Of a stretch of DNA of 64,000 bases, positions 19,106 through 29,616 are shown one piece after another (position 1 is the first letter of the stretch; each line of letters starts with the position of its first letter). A program made the position numbers and the translations under genes. The stretch is taken from contig CBIHND010000011.1 of NCBI GenBank assembly GCA_966211245.1, forward strand, positions 56,274-120,273, in the 5' to 3' direction. Origin of the DNA: an uncultured Fluviicola sp. (GTDB taxonomy: Bacteria; Bacteroidota; Bacteroidia; Flavobacteriales_D; Crocinitomicaceae). The notes under the pieces were generated by a model. That model was given only the letters and a program-made list of their open reading frames with translations, was not told the DNA's origin and did no database searches.

Positions 19106-20059
19106 ATGGTGGAACACGTTGCATTAGGGATTGATATCGGAGGAACAAACACAGCCTTCGGTTTGGTGAATAGGAAAGGGGAAATTCTGTTCGAAGATTC
19201 TGTCAAAACTAAAGAATTCGTCAGACCGGATGACTTGGTAGATGAGATCTACAGAAGAGTGAAAGCGACAAAATACTTCCACCTGCTTTTCGGAATTGGG
19301 ATCGGTGCACCGAATGGAAACCTGTTTACAGGAAATATCGAGTTCGCTCCAAACCTGAACTGGAAAGAAATTGTTCCGATTTGTGATATGTTCGAAGAAC
19401 GTTTTCACTGTCCTGCAATGTTGTCAAACGATGCAAATGCTGCAGCTGTAGGTGAACATTTGTTCGGCTGCGCAAAAGACCTGAAGGATTTTGTTACCAT
19501 TACGCTTGGAACCGGATTGGGATCCGGTGTTTTTGTCGATGGAAAACTGGTTGTCGGAAGTCAGGGGATTGCCGGTGAATACGGACACATCCGCGTGATT
19601 CCCAATGGTCGTAAATGTGGTTGTGGAAGAAAAGGTTGTCTGGAGACTTATGTTTCGAGTACGGGAATTGTACGTAGCGTAATGGAATTGGATAGCCCAA
19701 ATAAAGAACATTCAAAGCTGTTCCATCATGAAACGCTTTCAGCAAAAGAAGTGTTTGAAGAAGCAGAAAACGGTGACGAATTCGCTCAGGAGATCATTGA
19801 GTTTACCGCTAAAATATTGGGATCCGCGTTAGCCGATTTCGCTGCTTTTTCCAATCCAAGTTGCTATGTCTTATTCGGTGGAATCGCACAAAGTGGTCCA
19901 ACATTCGCAAACCGTGTGAAAGAACACATGGAAGCTAACATCCTGAAAATCTACGAAAACCATATCGAAATCAGAATCTCACATCTGCACAACAGAAATG
20001 CGGCTGTTTTAGGAACTGCAGCAGCATTATTCTGGAATTCAATTGTAAAACACCCATGA
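19106..20059 (+). CDS. ROK-family sugar kinase
   Basis: GIDIGGTN, NDANAAAVGE, ITLGTGLGSG, GEYGHI..IPNGRKCGCGRKGCLETY. Confidence 0.95.
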   Translation: MVEHVALGIDIGGTNTAFGLVNRKGEILFEDSVKTKEFVRPDDLVDEIYRRVKATKYFHLLFGIGIGAPNGNLFTGNIEFAPNLNWKEIVPICDMFEERFHCPAMLSNDANAAAVGEHLFGCAKDLKDFVTITLGTGLGSGVFVDGKLVVGSQGIAGEYGHIRVIPNGRKCGCGRKGCLETYVSSTGIVRSVMELDSPNKEHSKLFHHETLSAKEVFEEAENGDEFAQEIIEFTAKILGSALADFAAFSNPSCYVLFGGIAQSGPTFANRVKEHMEANILKIYENHIEIRISHLHNRNAAVLGTAAALFWNSIVKHP

Positions 20060-23034
20060 AATTAAGCCTCTACTCTCTGCTTTTGGCGTTTGCGCCACTG
20101 GCTGCATCTGCACAAATCAAATCTTTGCAGTTGGCTTCGGATAAAGCGGAACAACAAATTACCGGCGAAAAAACTTCCCGTGCAGCATACGTTGATCCTT
20201 TGCTTTACGTCAATCCGTTTATTGGAACCGGAGGACACGGACATACATTTCCGGGAGCAGTAGTTCCTTTTGGAATGGCGCAAGTTAGTCCGGATACGCG
20301 TTCGGAAGGTTGGGATGGTTGCGGCGGATACCATTATTCTGATTCCGTGATTTATGGCTTTTCGCAAACTCACTTAAGTGGGACCGGAGTTCCGGATTAT
20401 GCCGATATTTTGATTGTACCTCAGGTTGGAAAAGCAAAATTGGATCCCGCCTATAAGGTAAAAGGAGGTTACGGTGCTGAATTCTCTCATGAAAACGAAG
20501 TAGCAAAAGCCGGAATGTATTCCGTAAAACTGGATAACAAAATTGATGTAATGCTCACAGCTACTGAGCATTGCGCAATTCATCAGTACACATTCCTGAA
20601 TGAAAAAGGAAAGAAATTCATTCTGATTGATCTTGGCTATCGCGATAGAGTGTTGAAAACGTTGGCAACGAAGGAATCGAATACTCGTGTAATCGGCTAC
20701 AGAACCTCGGAAGGCTGGGCAACGGAACAGCACCTGTATTTCGATTTGGAAACTTCGGTTCCGTTTACAAAATCCAAGTGGGTTTCAGATGCAAAAAAAG
20801 GAAAATATGTCATGCTGCTAGAATTTCCGGAAAGCACAAAGCAAATTGTATTGCGTATCGGACTTTCAGGAACAGACATTCAGGGTGCAACTACTAACCT
20901 GAAAGCAGAAGTTAATTCCTTTGATGCCGATATCATGATGATGCGTGCTCAGGCTAAGTGGAGAACAGAATTGTCTGCAGTCCAGATTTATTCGGATAAC
21001 AAAGAATACCTTCAAAAATTCTATACGTCGCTTTACCATACCTATGTTCATCCGAGTATCTGGAGCGATGTTGACGGACGTTACAGAACATTCAACAATA
21101 CGATCGCACAGAGCACTATTCCGATATATTCTGTATTCTCACTTTGGGATACTTACCGCACTGCGAATCCGCTTTACACGATTTTACAACCGAAACGTGC
21201 ACACGATTTCATCGAATCGTTCAGAATGCAGGCGAATCAAACAGGAGTTCTACCAGTCTGGACACTTTCGAATAATGAGACAAACTGTATGATCGGTTAC
21301 CATTCGGCTTCCATTATTAATGATGCTTACTCGAAAGGAATCCGGTTGGAACAGCCTGATTCGTTGCTAATGGCAATGGTCGCTTCGGCAAAGCAGGATC
21401 GATTCGGAAAAAAGCAATACGCCGCAAACGGTTTTATTTCTGCCGATAGCGAAGCCGAATCGGTTTCCAAAGCATTGGAATATTCGTACGACGATTGGTG
21501 TATCGCTGAATTCGCAAAACGTCTTGGAAAAACCGAAATTGAGCAGGAGTTCCGAAAAAGAGCGTGCTCTTACATGAATATCTGGAACCCGGAAACAGGA
21601 TTTTTCCAGGCGAGAGTGGGAGGAATGTGGATTCCCGGATTTAACCCGAATGAAGTGAATCACCATTACACAGAAGCGAATGCATGGCATTATTCTCTCG
21701 CTCCACAGCATCACATTGCTCAGTTGGTAGCAATGCAGGGCGGTGGAAGAGGAATGGAACGTTTCCTGGATCGTCTGTTTACGGATTCAACCGCAATGAC
21801 AGGACGCGTTCAGGCGGATATCACCGGGTTGATTGGTCAGTATGCCCAGGGAAATGAGCCGTCTCACCATATGGCTTATGCTTACAATTATTGTGGCGCG
21901 CCTCATAAGACACAGGCAATGGTTCGCCAGATTCTGGAGAAGCAATACCGCGCAGAGCCCGATGGTTTATCCGGAAATGAAGATTGTGGACAGATGTCGG
22001 CGTGGTTTGTAATGAGTTCTCTGGGTTTTTATCCTTACGCTCCAGGATCACCGACATACACCATTGGAAGTCCATTGTTTAAAAAGGCATTGGTTAACAT
22101 TAACGGTAAGGATTTGTTGATTGAGGCAACAAACAATTCACCTGAGAATGTTTATGTACAAAGTATTTCGTGGAATGGGTCGCCTTACAATAAGTTGTAC
22201 CTGACGCATGACATGTTGAAGGAAGGCGGGATTTTGACACTTGAAATGGGGCCAAAACCTGAATTGAAAATGACCATGTCTCGCTTGGATCTGAATGAAG
22301 TTGCCCCAAAGGATTTTGTTCCGGTGCCTTATTTCACGAACAAGACCCTGGTTTTTGATGATCAGATTACAGTGGGAATGGATAAACTTCCGCTTGAAAC
22401 AGGGGACATTTATTATTCCATCGACAACGGTGAATTCAAAGAGCTTGGTCGCGGTGAATCCGTTACACTGACCAAAACAGCGACATTGCGTGCAAAAGTA
22501 ATTCGTAATGAAGGGAACGTAGTTTCGGAGAGTAATGTTGTAAGCTGCACGTTCACGAAATTCATCCCTGTTGGTGAAATCATGAGCCTTTCCAAATACG
22601 AAAATCAGTATGCCGGCGACGGAATGCAAACCCTGATGAACGGTCAAATCGGAACGAACGAATATCGTTCTACGGAGTATCAGGGTTACAACGGAAAAGA
22701 TTTGGTAGCAGTAATCGAATTGAAAGAACCACAAACAATTAATAGTGTTTCACTTGGTGTAATGCAGGATACCCGTTCGTGGATTTTCGCTCCGAAATCG
22801 CTACAGGTTGAAGTATCTTCCGATGGGAAAACGTTCAAAAAGGCCGGTTTTGTCAAGTCAACCATCGATGCCACTGATGAACGCGGAATGCGCCACAAAC
22901 TCGTTGTGGAGTGCGCTCCAACCGATGCGCGTTACATTCGGATTACAGCTGCAAACTTTGGACCATGTCCTACCTGGCATTTGGGAGCCGGAAACCCCAC
23001 ATGGATTTTTGCAGATGAAATAGAGATTAAGTAG
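20056..23034 (+). CDS. GH92 alpha-mannosidase with C-terminal chitobiase-like and F5/8 domains
   Basis: YVNPFIGTGGHGHTFPGA, FSLWDTYR, YTEANAWHY, GNEPSHH, GNEDCGQMSAW; ATGA overlap with ROK gene. Confidence 0.95.
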   Translation: MKLSLYSLLLAFAPLAASAQIKSLQLASDKAEQQITGEKTSRAAYVDPLLYVNPFIGTGGHGHTFPGAVVPFGMAQVSPDTRSEGWDGCGGYHYSDSVIYGFSQTHLSGTGVPDYADILIVPQVGKAKLDPAYKVKGGYGAEFSHENEVAKAGMYSVKLDNKIDVMLTATEHCAIHQYTFLNEKGKKFILIDLGYRDRVLKTLATKESNTRVIGYRTSEGWATEQHLYFDLETSVPFTKSKWVSDAKKGKYVMLLEFPESTKQIVLRIGLSGTDIQGATTNLKAEVNSFDADIMMMRAQAKWRTELSAVQIYSDNKEYLQKFYTSLYHTYVHPSIWSDVDGRYRTFNNTIAQSTIPIYSVFSLWDTYRTANPLYTILQPKRAHDFIESFRMQANQTGVLPVWTLSNNETNCMIGYHSASIINDAYSKGIRLEQPDSLLMAMVASAKQDRFGKKQYAANGFISADSEAESVSKALEYSYDDWCIAEFAKRLGKTEIEQEFRKRACSYMNIWNPETGFFQARVGGMWIPGFNPNEVNHHYTEANAWHYSLAPQHHIAQLVAMQGGGRGMERFLDRLFTDSTAMTGRVQADITGLIGQYAQGNEPSHHMAYAYNYCGAPHKTQAMVRQILEKQYRAEPDGLSGNEDCGQMSAWFVMSSLGFYPYAPGSPTYTIGSPLFKKALVNINGKDLLIEATNNSPENVYVQSISWNGSPYNKLYLTHDMLKEGGILTLEMGPKPELKMTMSRLDLNEVAPKDFVPVPYFTNKTLVFDDQITVGMDKLPLETGDIYYSIDNGEFKELGRGESVTLTKTATLRAKVIRNEGNVVSESNVVSCTFTKFIPVGEIMSLSKYENQYAGDGMQTLMNGQIGTNEYRSTEYQGYNGKDLVAVIELKEPQTINSVSLGVMQDTRSWIFAPKSLQVEVSSDGKTFKKAGFVKSTIDATDERGMRHKLVVECAPTDARYIRITAANFGPCPTWHLGAGNPTWIFADEIEIK

Positions 23035-23150
23035 AATTCAAAATTCAAAAATCAAAATTCAAAATTCAAAAGTTAAAAGGTTGAGTGTTGAATGATGCTC
23101 AACCTTTTTGATTTGTTGCATTTGGACTTTTGATTTTTGACTTTTGAATT
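23035..23150. repeat. Heptad-periodic inverted repeat element C
   Basis: Six AATTCAA-like units, inner stem AAAAGGTTGAG/CTCAACCTTTT, six TTGAnTT-like units. Confidence 0.9.
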
Positions 23151-23244
23151 AAAAACGCTGCGCGTTTTTTCCACAATTCTCATTTCGGACAAATGCCCAG
23201 TTCCGAAAGTTGTTATCTTTAGCCCACTTCAAAAGAAAATAAGA

Positions 23245-25377
23245 ATGAAAAAGTTTATTATCGGTTTGGTATTGGTCGGGTTTGCCTTTGGCAACAGCGC
23301 ACGTGCCGACGAGGGAATGTGGCTTCCGTTTTTGATCGGAAGAAACTACGAAGACATGAAAAAGCATGGATTGAAATTGTCTCAGGAACAAATCTATTCC
23401 ATCAATAAATCATCGTTGAAAGACGCAGTTATTTCTTTCGGTGGGTTCTGTACGGGAGAAATCATTTCCGACAAAAGTTTGGTACTAACCAATCACCACT
23501 GTGGGTACGATGCAATCGCAGGTGCTTCCACACCGGAGAAAAACTACCTTGATAACGGTTTCTGGGCAAAATCATTGGATCAGGAAATCGCTGTTCCGGG
23601 ATTAACAGCTACGTTCATGATTCGTATGGAAGACGTTTCTGCTACAATTTTGAAAGAGTTGAAGCCTGGAATGACTATTGAAGAGCGCAACGCTAAAATC
23701 AAGGAAATCGGAGATATTTTGGTAAAAGACGCTACGCGTGGAACCGAATACGAAGCTTTCGTTCGTGATTTCTACGATGGAAATGAGTTTTACCTGTTCG
23801 TTAAGCAAACGTATAAGGACGTACGTTTGGTAGGAACTCCTCCACAGTCAGCTGGAAAATATGGTGGTGACACGGACAACTGGGAGTGGCCTCGTCACAC
23901 GGCAGATTTCTCTATGTTCCGCATTTATGCAGGAACTGATAATAAACCGGCTGCGTACTCTGCTCAAAACGTTCCGTTGAAGCCTAAGCATTCATTACCG
24001 ATTTCTTTGAAAGGAATTCAGCAGAACGATTACGCTATGGTGATGGGATTCCCTGGCCGTACAAACCGTTACCTGACTTCTTTCGGAGTTGAACAGGCGA
24101 TTTCTTTGGAACAACCTAAAATTGTTGAGGTTCGTGCTAAGAAATTGGAGATCATGAAGAAATACATGGACAAAGATGTAGCGGTTCGTTTGAACTACTC
24201 TTCTAAATATGCACAGGTTGCAAACTACTGGAAGTATTTCATCGGTCAGTCGCAGCAATTGAAAAACAATAAGGTTGCGGATAAAAAACGTGCTATCGAA
24301 GAAGAGTTTACAAAGTATGCTGCAGGAAAAGACGAGTACAAGGATGTGTTGAAAGACATTCAGGAAGCATTCAAGACAACGAATGATATCATCTATATCA
24401 AAACGTACCAAAGTGAATTCGTTCGCCAGGTAGACATCAACGCCTTGGTATACTCGTACAAAGCAGCTGCAGATGCAGAAGCGAAAGGAATGGGAGACCG
24501 TGCAAAAGAAATCAGAACAGCTGCGGCTGATCAGGCGAAAATGTTGTTCTCTGAGCGTAATATGGACATCGAATTGGAAACGCTTTCTGAAGTATTGAAA
24601 ATGTACCTGAAAGATGTTCCTGCTTCGCAGCGCGTTGGTATTGCTAAGTCCCTGACTGCTGAAAGCGTACCTGCATTCATGAACCGTGTTAAGATGTACT
24701 CAATCTTTGTGAACGAGGCGCGTTACAACGATTTCATGAAAAACTTCAGTGCTGAAAAATTGGCTCAGGATCCATTGTACATCCTTGTAAAAGATTTGGA
24801 TAACGCTTGGATCAATGCAAGCACAGCTAAAAATGTTAAGTCCGCATCTGAGAAACTGGCAAGAGGTAACCGTTTGTTCGTGAAAGCCGTTCGCGAAATG
24901 CAACCGAACAAAAAGTTCTACCCGAATGCTAACTCAACAATGCGTTTGACTTACGGAAATGTATTGCCGTACACCACAAACGAGGGTAAGAAAATGGACT
25001 TCATGACAGACTTCGACGGAGTAATTGCGAAAGAAGACCCTACGAATCCTGAATTCGTTGTGGACGCTCGCATGAAAGAAGTGTGGACGAAGAAAGATTT
25101 CGGTCAGTACGTTGACAAAAAAACAGGCAAACTTCCGGTGAATTTCCTTACAAACAACGATATCACAGGTGGTAACTCAGGTTCACCTTGTATCAATGGA
25201 AACGGAGAATTGATCGGTACTGCTTTCGATGGTAACTGGGAAGCAATGTCAGGAGATATCGCATTCGAACCGACACTTCAGCGTACTATCGTATGTGACA
25301 TTCGTTACGTTCTGTGGATCGTAGACAAATGCTACGGCGCAAACAACCTGATTCAGGAAATGAAACTGGTGAAGTAA
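23245..25377 (+). CDS. S46-family dipeptidyl peptidase (DPP7-like)
   Basis: ADEGMWLP, TNHHCG, DNWEWPRHTADFS, DITGGNSGSP, FDGNWEAMSGD (Gly at the S1 site). Confidence 0.96.
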   Translation: MKKFIIGLVLVGFAFGNSARADEGMWLPFLIGRNYEDMKKHGLKLSQEQIYSINKSSLKDAVISFGGFCTGEIISDKSLVLTNHHCGYDAIAGASTPEKNYLDNGFWAKSLDQEIAVPGLTATFMIRMEDVSATILKELKPGMTIEERNAKIKEIGDILVKDATRGTEYEAFVRDFYDGNEFYLFVKQTYKDVRLVGTPPQSAGKYGGDTDNWEWPRHTADFSMFRIYAGTDNKPAAYSAQNVPLKPKHSLPISLKGIQQNDYAMVMGFPGRTNRYLTSFGVEQAISLEQPKIVEVRAKKLEIMKKYMDKDVAVRLNYSSKYAQVANYWKYFIGQSQQLKNNKVADKKRAIEEEFTKYAAGKDEYKDVLKDIQEAFKTTNDIIYIKTYQSEFVRQVDINALVYSYKAAADAEAKGMGDRAKEIRTAAADQAKMLFSERNMDIELETLSEVLKMYLKDVPASQRVGIAKSLTAESVPAFMNRVKMYSIFVNEARYNDFMKNFSAEKLAQDPLYILVKDLDNAWINASTAKNVKSASEKLARGNRLFVKAVREMQPNKKFYPNANSTMRLTYGNVLPYTTNEGKKMDFMTDFDGVIAKEDPTNPEFVVDARMKEVWTKKDFGQYVDKKTGKLPVNFLTNNDITGGNSGSPCINGNGELIGTAFDGNWEAMSGDIAFEPTLQRTIVCDIRYVLWIVDKCYGANNLIQEMKLVK

Positions 25378-25409
25378 ACAGCATTCTTATAGAAGACTTA
25401 AGACAAAAG

Positions 25410-25443
25410 AAAAAATCCCGGTGTCCAACGACCCGGGATTTTT
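25410..25443 (+). terminator. Intrinsic terminator
   Basis: AAAAAATCCCGG...CCGGGATTTTT after the S46 gene. Confidence 0.88.
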
Positions 25444-25527
25444 GGTTTAAGGTAAACTGAACTTTATTGTCTTTACTACAAGGTCTCTTATTTAATTCTA
25501 AATTTACCGCACTTAAACTCACACTAC

Positions 25528-27618
25528 ATGAAAAACGCGTACTTATTATTGCTTGGGTTATTCGTGCATTCCGCCGTACAGGCTCAAATGCCGGGATGGA
25601 CGTATACTCAACCGATTTCAATTCAGGAAAATTCAGGCACTGAGGTATTGAATTATCAGCTTCAACTTACAATCAACACCGCCACACCAATTGCAGCGGG
25701 GCAGATGTTGGCTGATGGATCAGATCTTCGTTTTACATCCGAATGTTCCGGAGGAACTTCATTTAATTATTGGATTGAAAGCGGGATCAATACCGCTTCG
25801 ACTAAGATTTGGGTGAAAGTAGATACACTTCATGCCAATGCGGTTAGAACAATTTATATGCAATACGGAAATGCGATTGCGGGAGCAACATCATCGATTC
25901 AACAAACCTTCGTTGGGCCGCATTCTTCAACAGATAGTGTTGTAGGAGGGAGTCCGGGTGGAGTAACCAACTCTCAAAGAGGATTTCGTTTCGCTCCAAC
26001 TCAGGATATTCTGGTTCCAGCTTTTGGAAAGAACGAACCAAACGGAACCACGAGGTACGTAACGTTGTTTGACTTTGCTACGCAGGGAATTTTACGTCAA
26101 ACGCAAGTTTCAGGTCCAGCGGGGCAGTATTCATATACGGATATTTCTTCGCCGATTTGGTTGACTGCGAGTACACAGTATCTCATTGAAATTTATCAGG
26201 GGAGTTCAGACGGTTATTATTTTGGTGCAGCACCGCAAAGTGGACAGCACCTGACGTATTACGATATGCGTTATTGTAACGGTTGTACGGAAAATACATT
26301 TCCAACCAATTCATTGGGAGGAATGCATTACGGCTATGTGGATTTCTGGTATTACACGAAGAATACGGTAACACCGGCACCAACGTATAATTTCGTGTCA
26401 CATACCATTAGTTTCACGGAAGATGTCGTTAATATTTGCGTTAACGATTCTATTCAGTTGCAAGCAAGCGTTTCAGGAGGGATGTCACCTTATTCGTTTA
26501 GCTGGACTAACGTTTCGATTGATGATAATACGTCTGCTACACCAATTGTATTCCCTTCAACATCCATGTTCTATTACGTGGATGTTACCGATGCATGTGG
26601 TGTTGTGGTTACTGACTCTGTATATGTTACATTAAATGCATTACCATCTTTTGCTGTCATTGCTGATCCAGCGGTTATTTGTGACGGTGAAGTTTCTCAA
26701 CTGACAGCTACGTACGGTTATAGTGCCTACAGCTGGTCCGATGGAAGCACTTCATGGAATACGAGTGTTACACCATCTGTAACCACGCAATATTCGGTAA
26801 TCGTTACGGATACAATGACATCGTGTTCAGATATTGGATATGTAGAGGTAACTGTTAATGTGCCGTTGACTGCAACGAATAACGTCGAAATATGCGTCGG
26901 TGAGACCTATGTTGTCGGAGCACATTCGTACACAAATGCAGGAACCTATGTGGATACATTGGCTGGAGTAACTTCTTGTGATAGCATCATTACCACGAAC
27001 CTGACCGTTAATCCGTTATTGACGAGAACACAGAACATTAATCTGTGTTACGGTCAGGCGATTGTTGTAGGTTCGAACGTATACAATACTGCGGGAACAT
27101 ACATCGATACACTTTCAAACGGTGGAGTTTGCGACAGTATCATTACCACGGTATTAACCATCGAAACGGATATTGACGCAACGATTCAGCAAGTTGGAAT
27201 GTTCCTTACTGTGCCAACAGGTGCGGATGCGTACCAATGGTTTGATTGTAATTCAGGACTTGCAGTTCCGGGAGAAACGCAATCCAGTTACGAAGTCACA
27301 CAGAATGGAATTTACCGTTGCGACCTTACAGTTAATGGATGTAGTAAAGCAAGCGATTGTGTGACTATTGACGACGTTTCAATCAGTGAGCCCTCGGTGC
27401 TCAGTGCGTTGAATGTATATCCCAATCCTACGAAAGGTGAAGTGAACATTTTCAGTGGTATCGATCAGGAGATTTCGTTTGTGGACGCAACTGGAAAAGT
27501 GTTGAAAAGAGTTCAGTTAACAGGAAAGGAAACTACTACAGTTTCGCTTTCCGGATTTGCTACCGGAGTGTATTTTATTCGTCATGGAAATCTTGCGACT
27601 CGTTTGATGATAGACTAG
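25528..27618 (+). CDS. T9SS type A cargo with DUF2341 domain and Ig-like repeats
   Basis: DGSDLRF...NYWIE...KIWVKV...IYMQYGN (DUF2341); two CDSIITT.L.V repeats; NVYPNPTKG...GVYFI CTD. Confidence 0.88.
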   Translation: MKNAYLLLLGLFVHSAVQAQMPGWTYTQPISIQENSGTEVLNYQLQLTINTATPIAAGQMLADGSDLRFTSECSGGTSFNYWIESGINTASTKIWVKVDTLHANAVRTIYMQYGNAIAGATSSIQQTFVGPHSSTDSVVGGSPGGVTNSQRGFRFAPTQDILVPAFGKNEPNGTTRYVTLFDFATQGILRQTQVSGPAGQYSYTDISSPIWLTASTQYLIEIYQGSSDGYYFGAAPQSGQHLTYYDMRYCNGCTENTFPTNSLGGMHYGYVDFWYYTKNTVTPAPTYNFVSHTISFTEDVVNICVNDSIQLQASVSGGMSPYSFSWTNVSIDDNTSATPIVFPSTSMFYYVDVTDACGVVVTDSVYVTLNALPSFAVIADPAVICDGEVSQLTATYGYSAYSWSDGSTSWNTSVTPSVTTQYSVIVTDTMTSCSDIGYVEVTVNVPLTATNNVEICVGETYVVGAHSYTNAGTYVDTLAGVTSCDSIITTNLTVNPLLTRTQNINLCYGQAIVVGSNVYNTAGTYIDTLSNGGVCDSIITTVLTIETDIDATIQQVGMFLTVPTGADAYQWFDCNSGLAVPGETQSSYEVTQNGIYRCDLTVNGCSKASDCVTIDDVSISEPSVLSALNVYPNPTKGEVNIFSGIDQEISFVDATGKVLKRVQLTGKETTTVSLSGFATGVYFIRHGNLATRLMID

Positions 27619-27637
27619 AAGACATCATACAGAAGAC

Positions 27638-27671
27638 AAAAAATCCCGGTAGCAAACGCTCCGGGATTTTT
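27638..27671. terminator. Bidirectional intrinsic terminator
   Basis: AAAAAATCCCGG...CCGGGATTTTT between convergent genes. Confidence 0.88.
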
Positions 27672-27706
27672 CATTTCTATGAATCAAGGCTAAAGTCTTT
27701 AGTCTA

Positions 27707-28792
27707 TCAGTCTTTCTTATAAAACGGGTATTTCACCACTTTCGCTTTAACTCCTTTATCTCGAATTTCAATAAAGATTTCCGAGTCAACTGCTGCATGA
27801 TCAGTGGTAACATAAGCAAGTCCGATTGCTTTTTTAACGGAAGGCCCCTGTGTTCCTGAAGTTACCTTTCCGATTTCGTTTCCGTTTGCATCCAGAACCT
27901 TGTAATCGTGGCGTGGAATTCCGCGGTCGATCATTTCGAAGCCAACCAATTTGCGACTTACTCCGGCTTCTTTTTGAGCTTTCAAAACATCAGCATCAAC
28001 GAATTCCTTGGTGAATTTGGTAATCCAACCCAAACCTGCTTCAATTGGTGAAGTAGTATCGTCGATGTCGTTTCCGTACAAACAGAATCCCATTTCAAGA
28101 CGAAGAGTATCGCGGGCTGCCAAACCGATTGGAGCAATTCCAAATGGTGCTCCGGCTTCAAAAACTTTATCCCAAACCTGTTTTACATCTTCGTTCTTTA
28201 CGTAGATTTCAAAACCTCCTGAGCCAGTGTACCCGGTAGCTGAAATAATTACATGCTCAATTCCTGCAAACGGACCAATTTCGAAATGGTAGTATTTGAT
28301 CGCAGAAAGATCAACAGAAGTAAGCGGTTGCATCGCTTCAATGGCCTTAGGTCCCTGAATAGCAAGAAGAGAATAGTCGTCAGAAACATTTCGCATCTCA
28401 ACATTTTTCGTGTTGTGAGAGGAAATCCAGTTCCAGTCTTTCTCAATGTTGGAAGCGTTAACTACCAACAAGTATTGCTCGTCTTTGATTTTGTACACAA
28501 TTAAGTCGTCCACGATTCCTCCCTTGCCATTTGGCATACAAGAGTACTGCGCTCTTCCGATTGTAAGTGTAGAAGCGTCATTCGTGGTTACACGCTGAAT
28601 CAGATCCAATGCATCAGGACCGTTCAATAAAAATTCGCCCATGTGTGACACATCGAATACTCCAACTGCGTTGCGCACAGTTTCGTGTTCTACGTTAACA
28701 CCTGCATATTGAACAGGCATGTTGTATCCTGCAAAAGGAACCATTTTCGCTCCCAAAGCCTCGTGAACGGGAGTAAGCGCTGTGTTTTTCAT
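27707..28792 (-). CDS. gcvT: Glycine cleavage system aminomethyltransferase T
   Basis: [53 protein letters not shown]. Confidence 0.98.
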   Translation of the reverse strand: MKNTALTPVHEALGAKMVPFAGYNMPVQYAGVNVEHETVRNAVGVFDVSHMGEFLLNGPDALDLIQRVTTNDASTLTIGRAQYSCMPNGKGGIVDDLIVYKIKDEQYLLVVNASNIEKDWNWISSHNTKNVEMRNVSDDYSLLAIQGPKAIEAMQPLTSVDLSAIKYYHFEIGPFAGIEHVIISATGYTGSGGFEIYVKNEDVKQVWDKVFEAGAPFGIAPIGLAARDTLRLEMGFCLYGNDIDDTTSPIEAGLGWITKFTKEFVDADVLKAQKEAGVSRKLVGFEMIDRGIPRHDYKVLDANGNEIGKVTSGTQGPSVKKAIGLAYVTTDHAAVDSEIFIEIRDKGVKAKVVKYPFYKKD

Positions 28793-28815
28793 TGTTCTTT
28801 TTTTTGTAAAACTAG

Positions 28816-29481
28816 TTAATTCAGTTTATTTCCGTGTATCGGACAATAATTGTAATTCGAAGGGTACATTTCACCATCCAACTCACAAGGTTTGTCAGGA
28901 TAAAGGGATGGTAACGGAAGATCAAAATTCATGACTTTTTTATCGAACAGAATCTTGAAATCGGTATTCTTATATGGGTCGATTTCCGAATCACCCATAC
29001 TGTCACGTACATCGAAGAAATAAGCATTCATCCCGGGCCCCATTGTACCGAACATCTGCGTCATCATAGGTTTAAACGCACCAACGAATGCCTGTAATTC
29101 TTCCGGCAGATCTGAAGTTGGCACCGGCTTGTATGTCTTTCCGTTGAATTCCATCGAAATCTTTGAGCGCATTGCTTTTTCGGATTCCGAAACAAAACCC
29201 TGTGACTCAACATCCATTTCCCCGTGATACACCATGAACATAGTATACCCTCCCATCCAGGATTTGATCATGTCAATTTCCTGCTGTTGAGCATTGAAAC
29301 TTTTTGCTGCGAGGTCCCAGTACATCACCGGAAACCAAAGAGCAATGTGCATTTCTTTTCCGTCAGTTACTGTTCGGTTAATGTTAACCGTGAATTTGGA
29401 CATATCCACTTCTTCAATTGGCAATTGGGCGGTTGAAGCAAGCGATATAGTCAGGAATGATAAAGTGAGGATGTGTTTCAT
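28816..29481 (-). CDS. Exported hypothetical protein with C-terminal C..DG...CPxHG motif
   Basis: Signal peptide MKHILTL...; ends [24 protein letters not shown]; TAACTTTG promoter upstream. Confidence 0.65.
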   Translation of the reverse strand: MKHILTLSFLTISLASTAQLPIEEVDMSKFTVNINRTVTDGKEMHIALWFPVMYWDLAAKSFNAQQQEIDMIKSWMGGYTMFMVYHGEMDVESQGFVSESEKAMRSKISMEFNGKTYKPVPTSDLPEELQAFVGAFKPMMTQMFGTMGPGMNAYFFDVRDSMGDSEIDPYKNTDFKILFDKKVMNFDLPLPSLYPDKPCELDGEMYPSNYNYCPIHGNKLN

Positions 29482-29564
29482 GTGAGTTGAAAAATTGTGA
29501 TGCAAAGTTAAGCTTACTTCAGAATTGTGAAAACTTCTAACACACTAATCTCAGGAAGAATTCA

Positions 29565-29596
29565 ACAAAAAAGGCTTGTCCGCAGACAAGCCTGTT
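29565..29596 (-). terminator. Intrinsic terminator
   Basis: AAAAAAGGCTTGTC-CGCA-GACAAGCCT hairpin downstream of 29617..32316. Confidence 0.8.
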
Positions 29597-29616
29597 CATT
29601 ATTATTTTCAACTTGT

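Noticed and set aside
26878-27160. Two ~46-aa tandem repeats (…CDSIITT.L.V) in the DUF2341 protein
   Set aside because: Ordinary Ig-like stalk repeats of T9SS cargo
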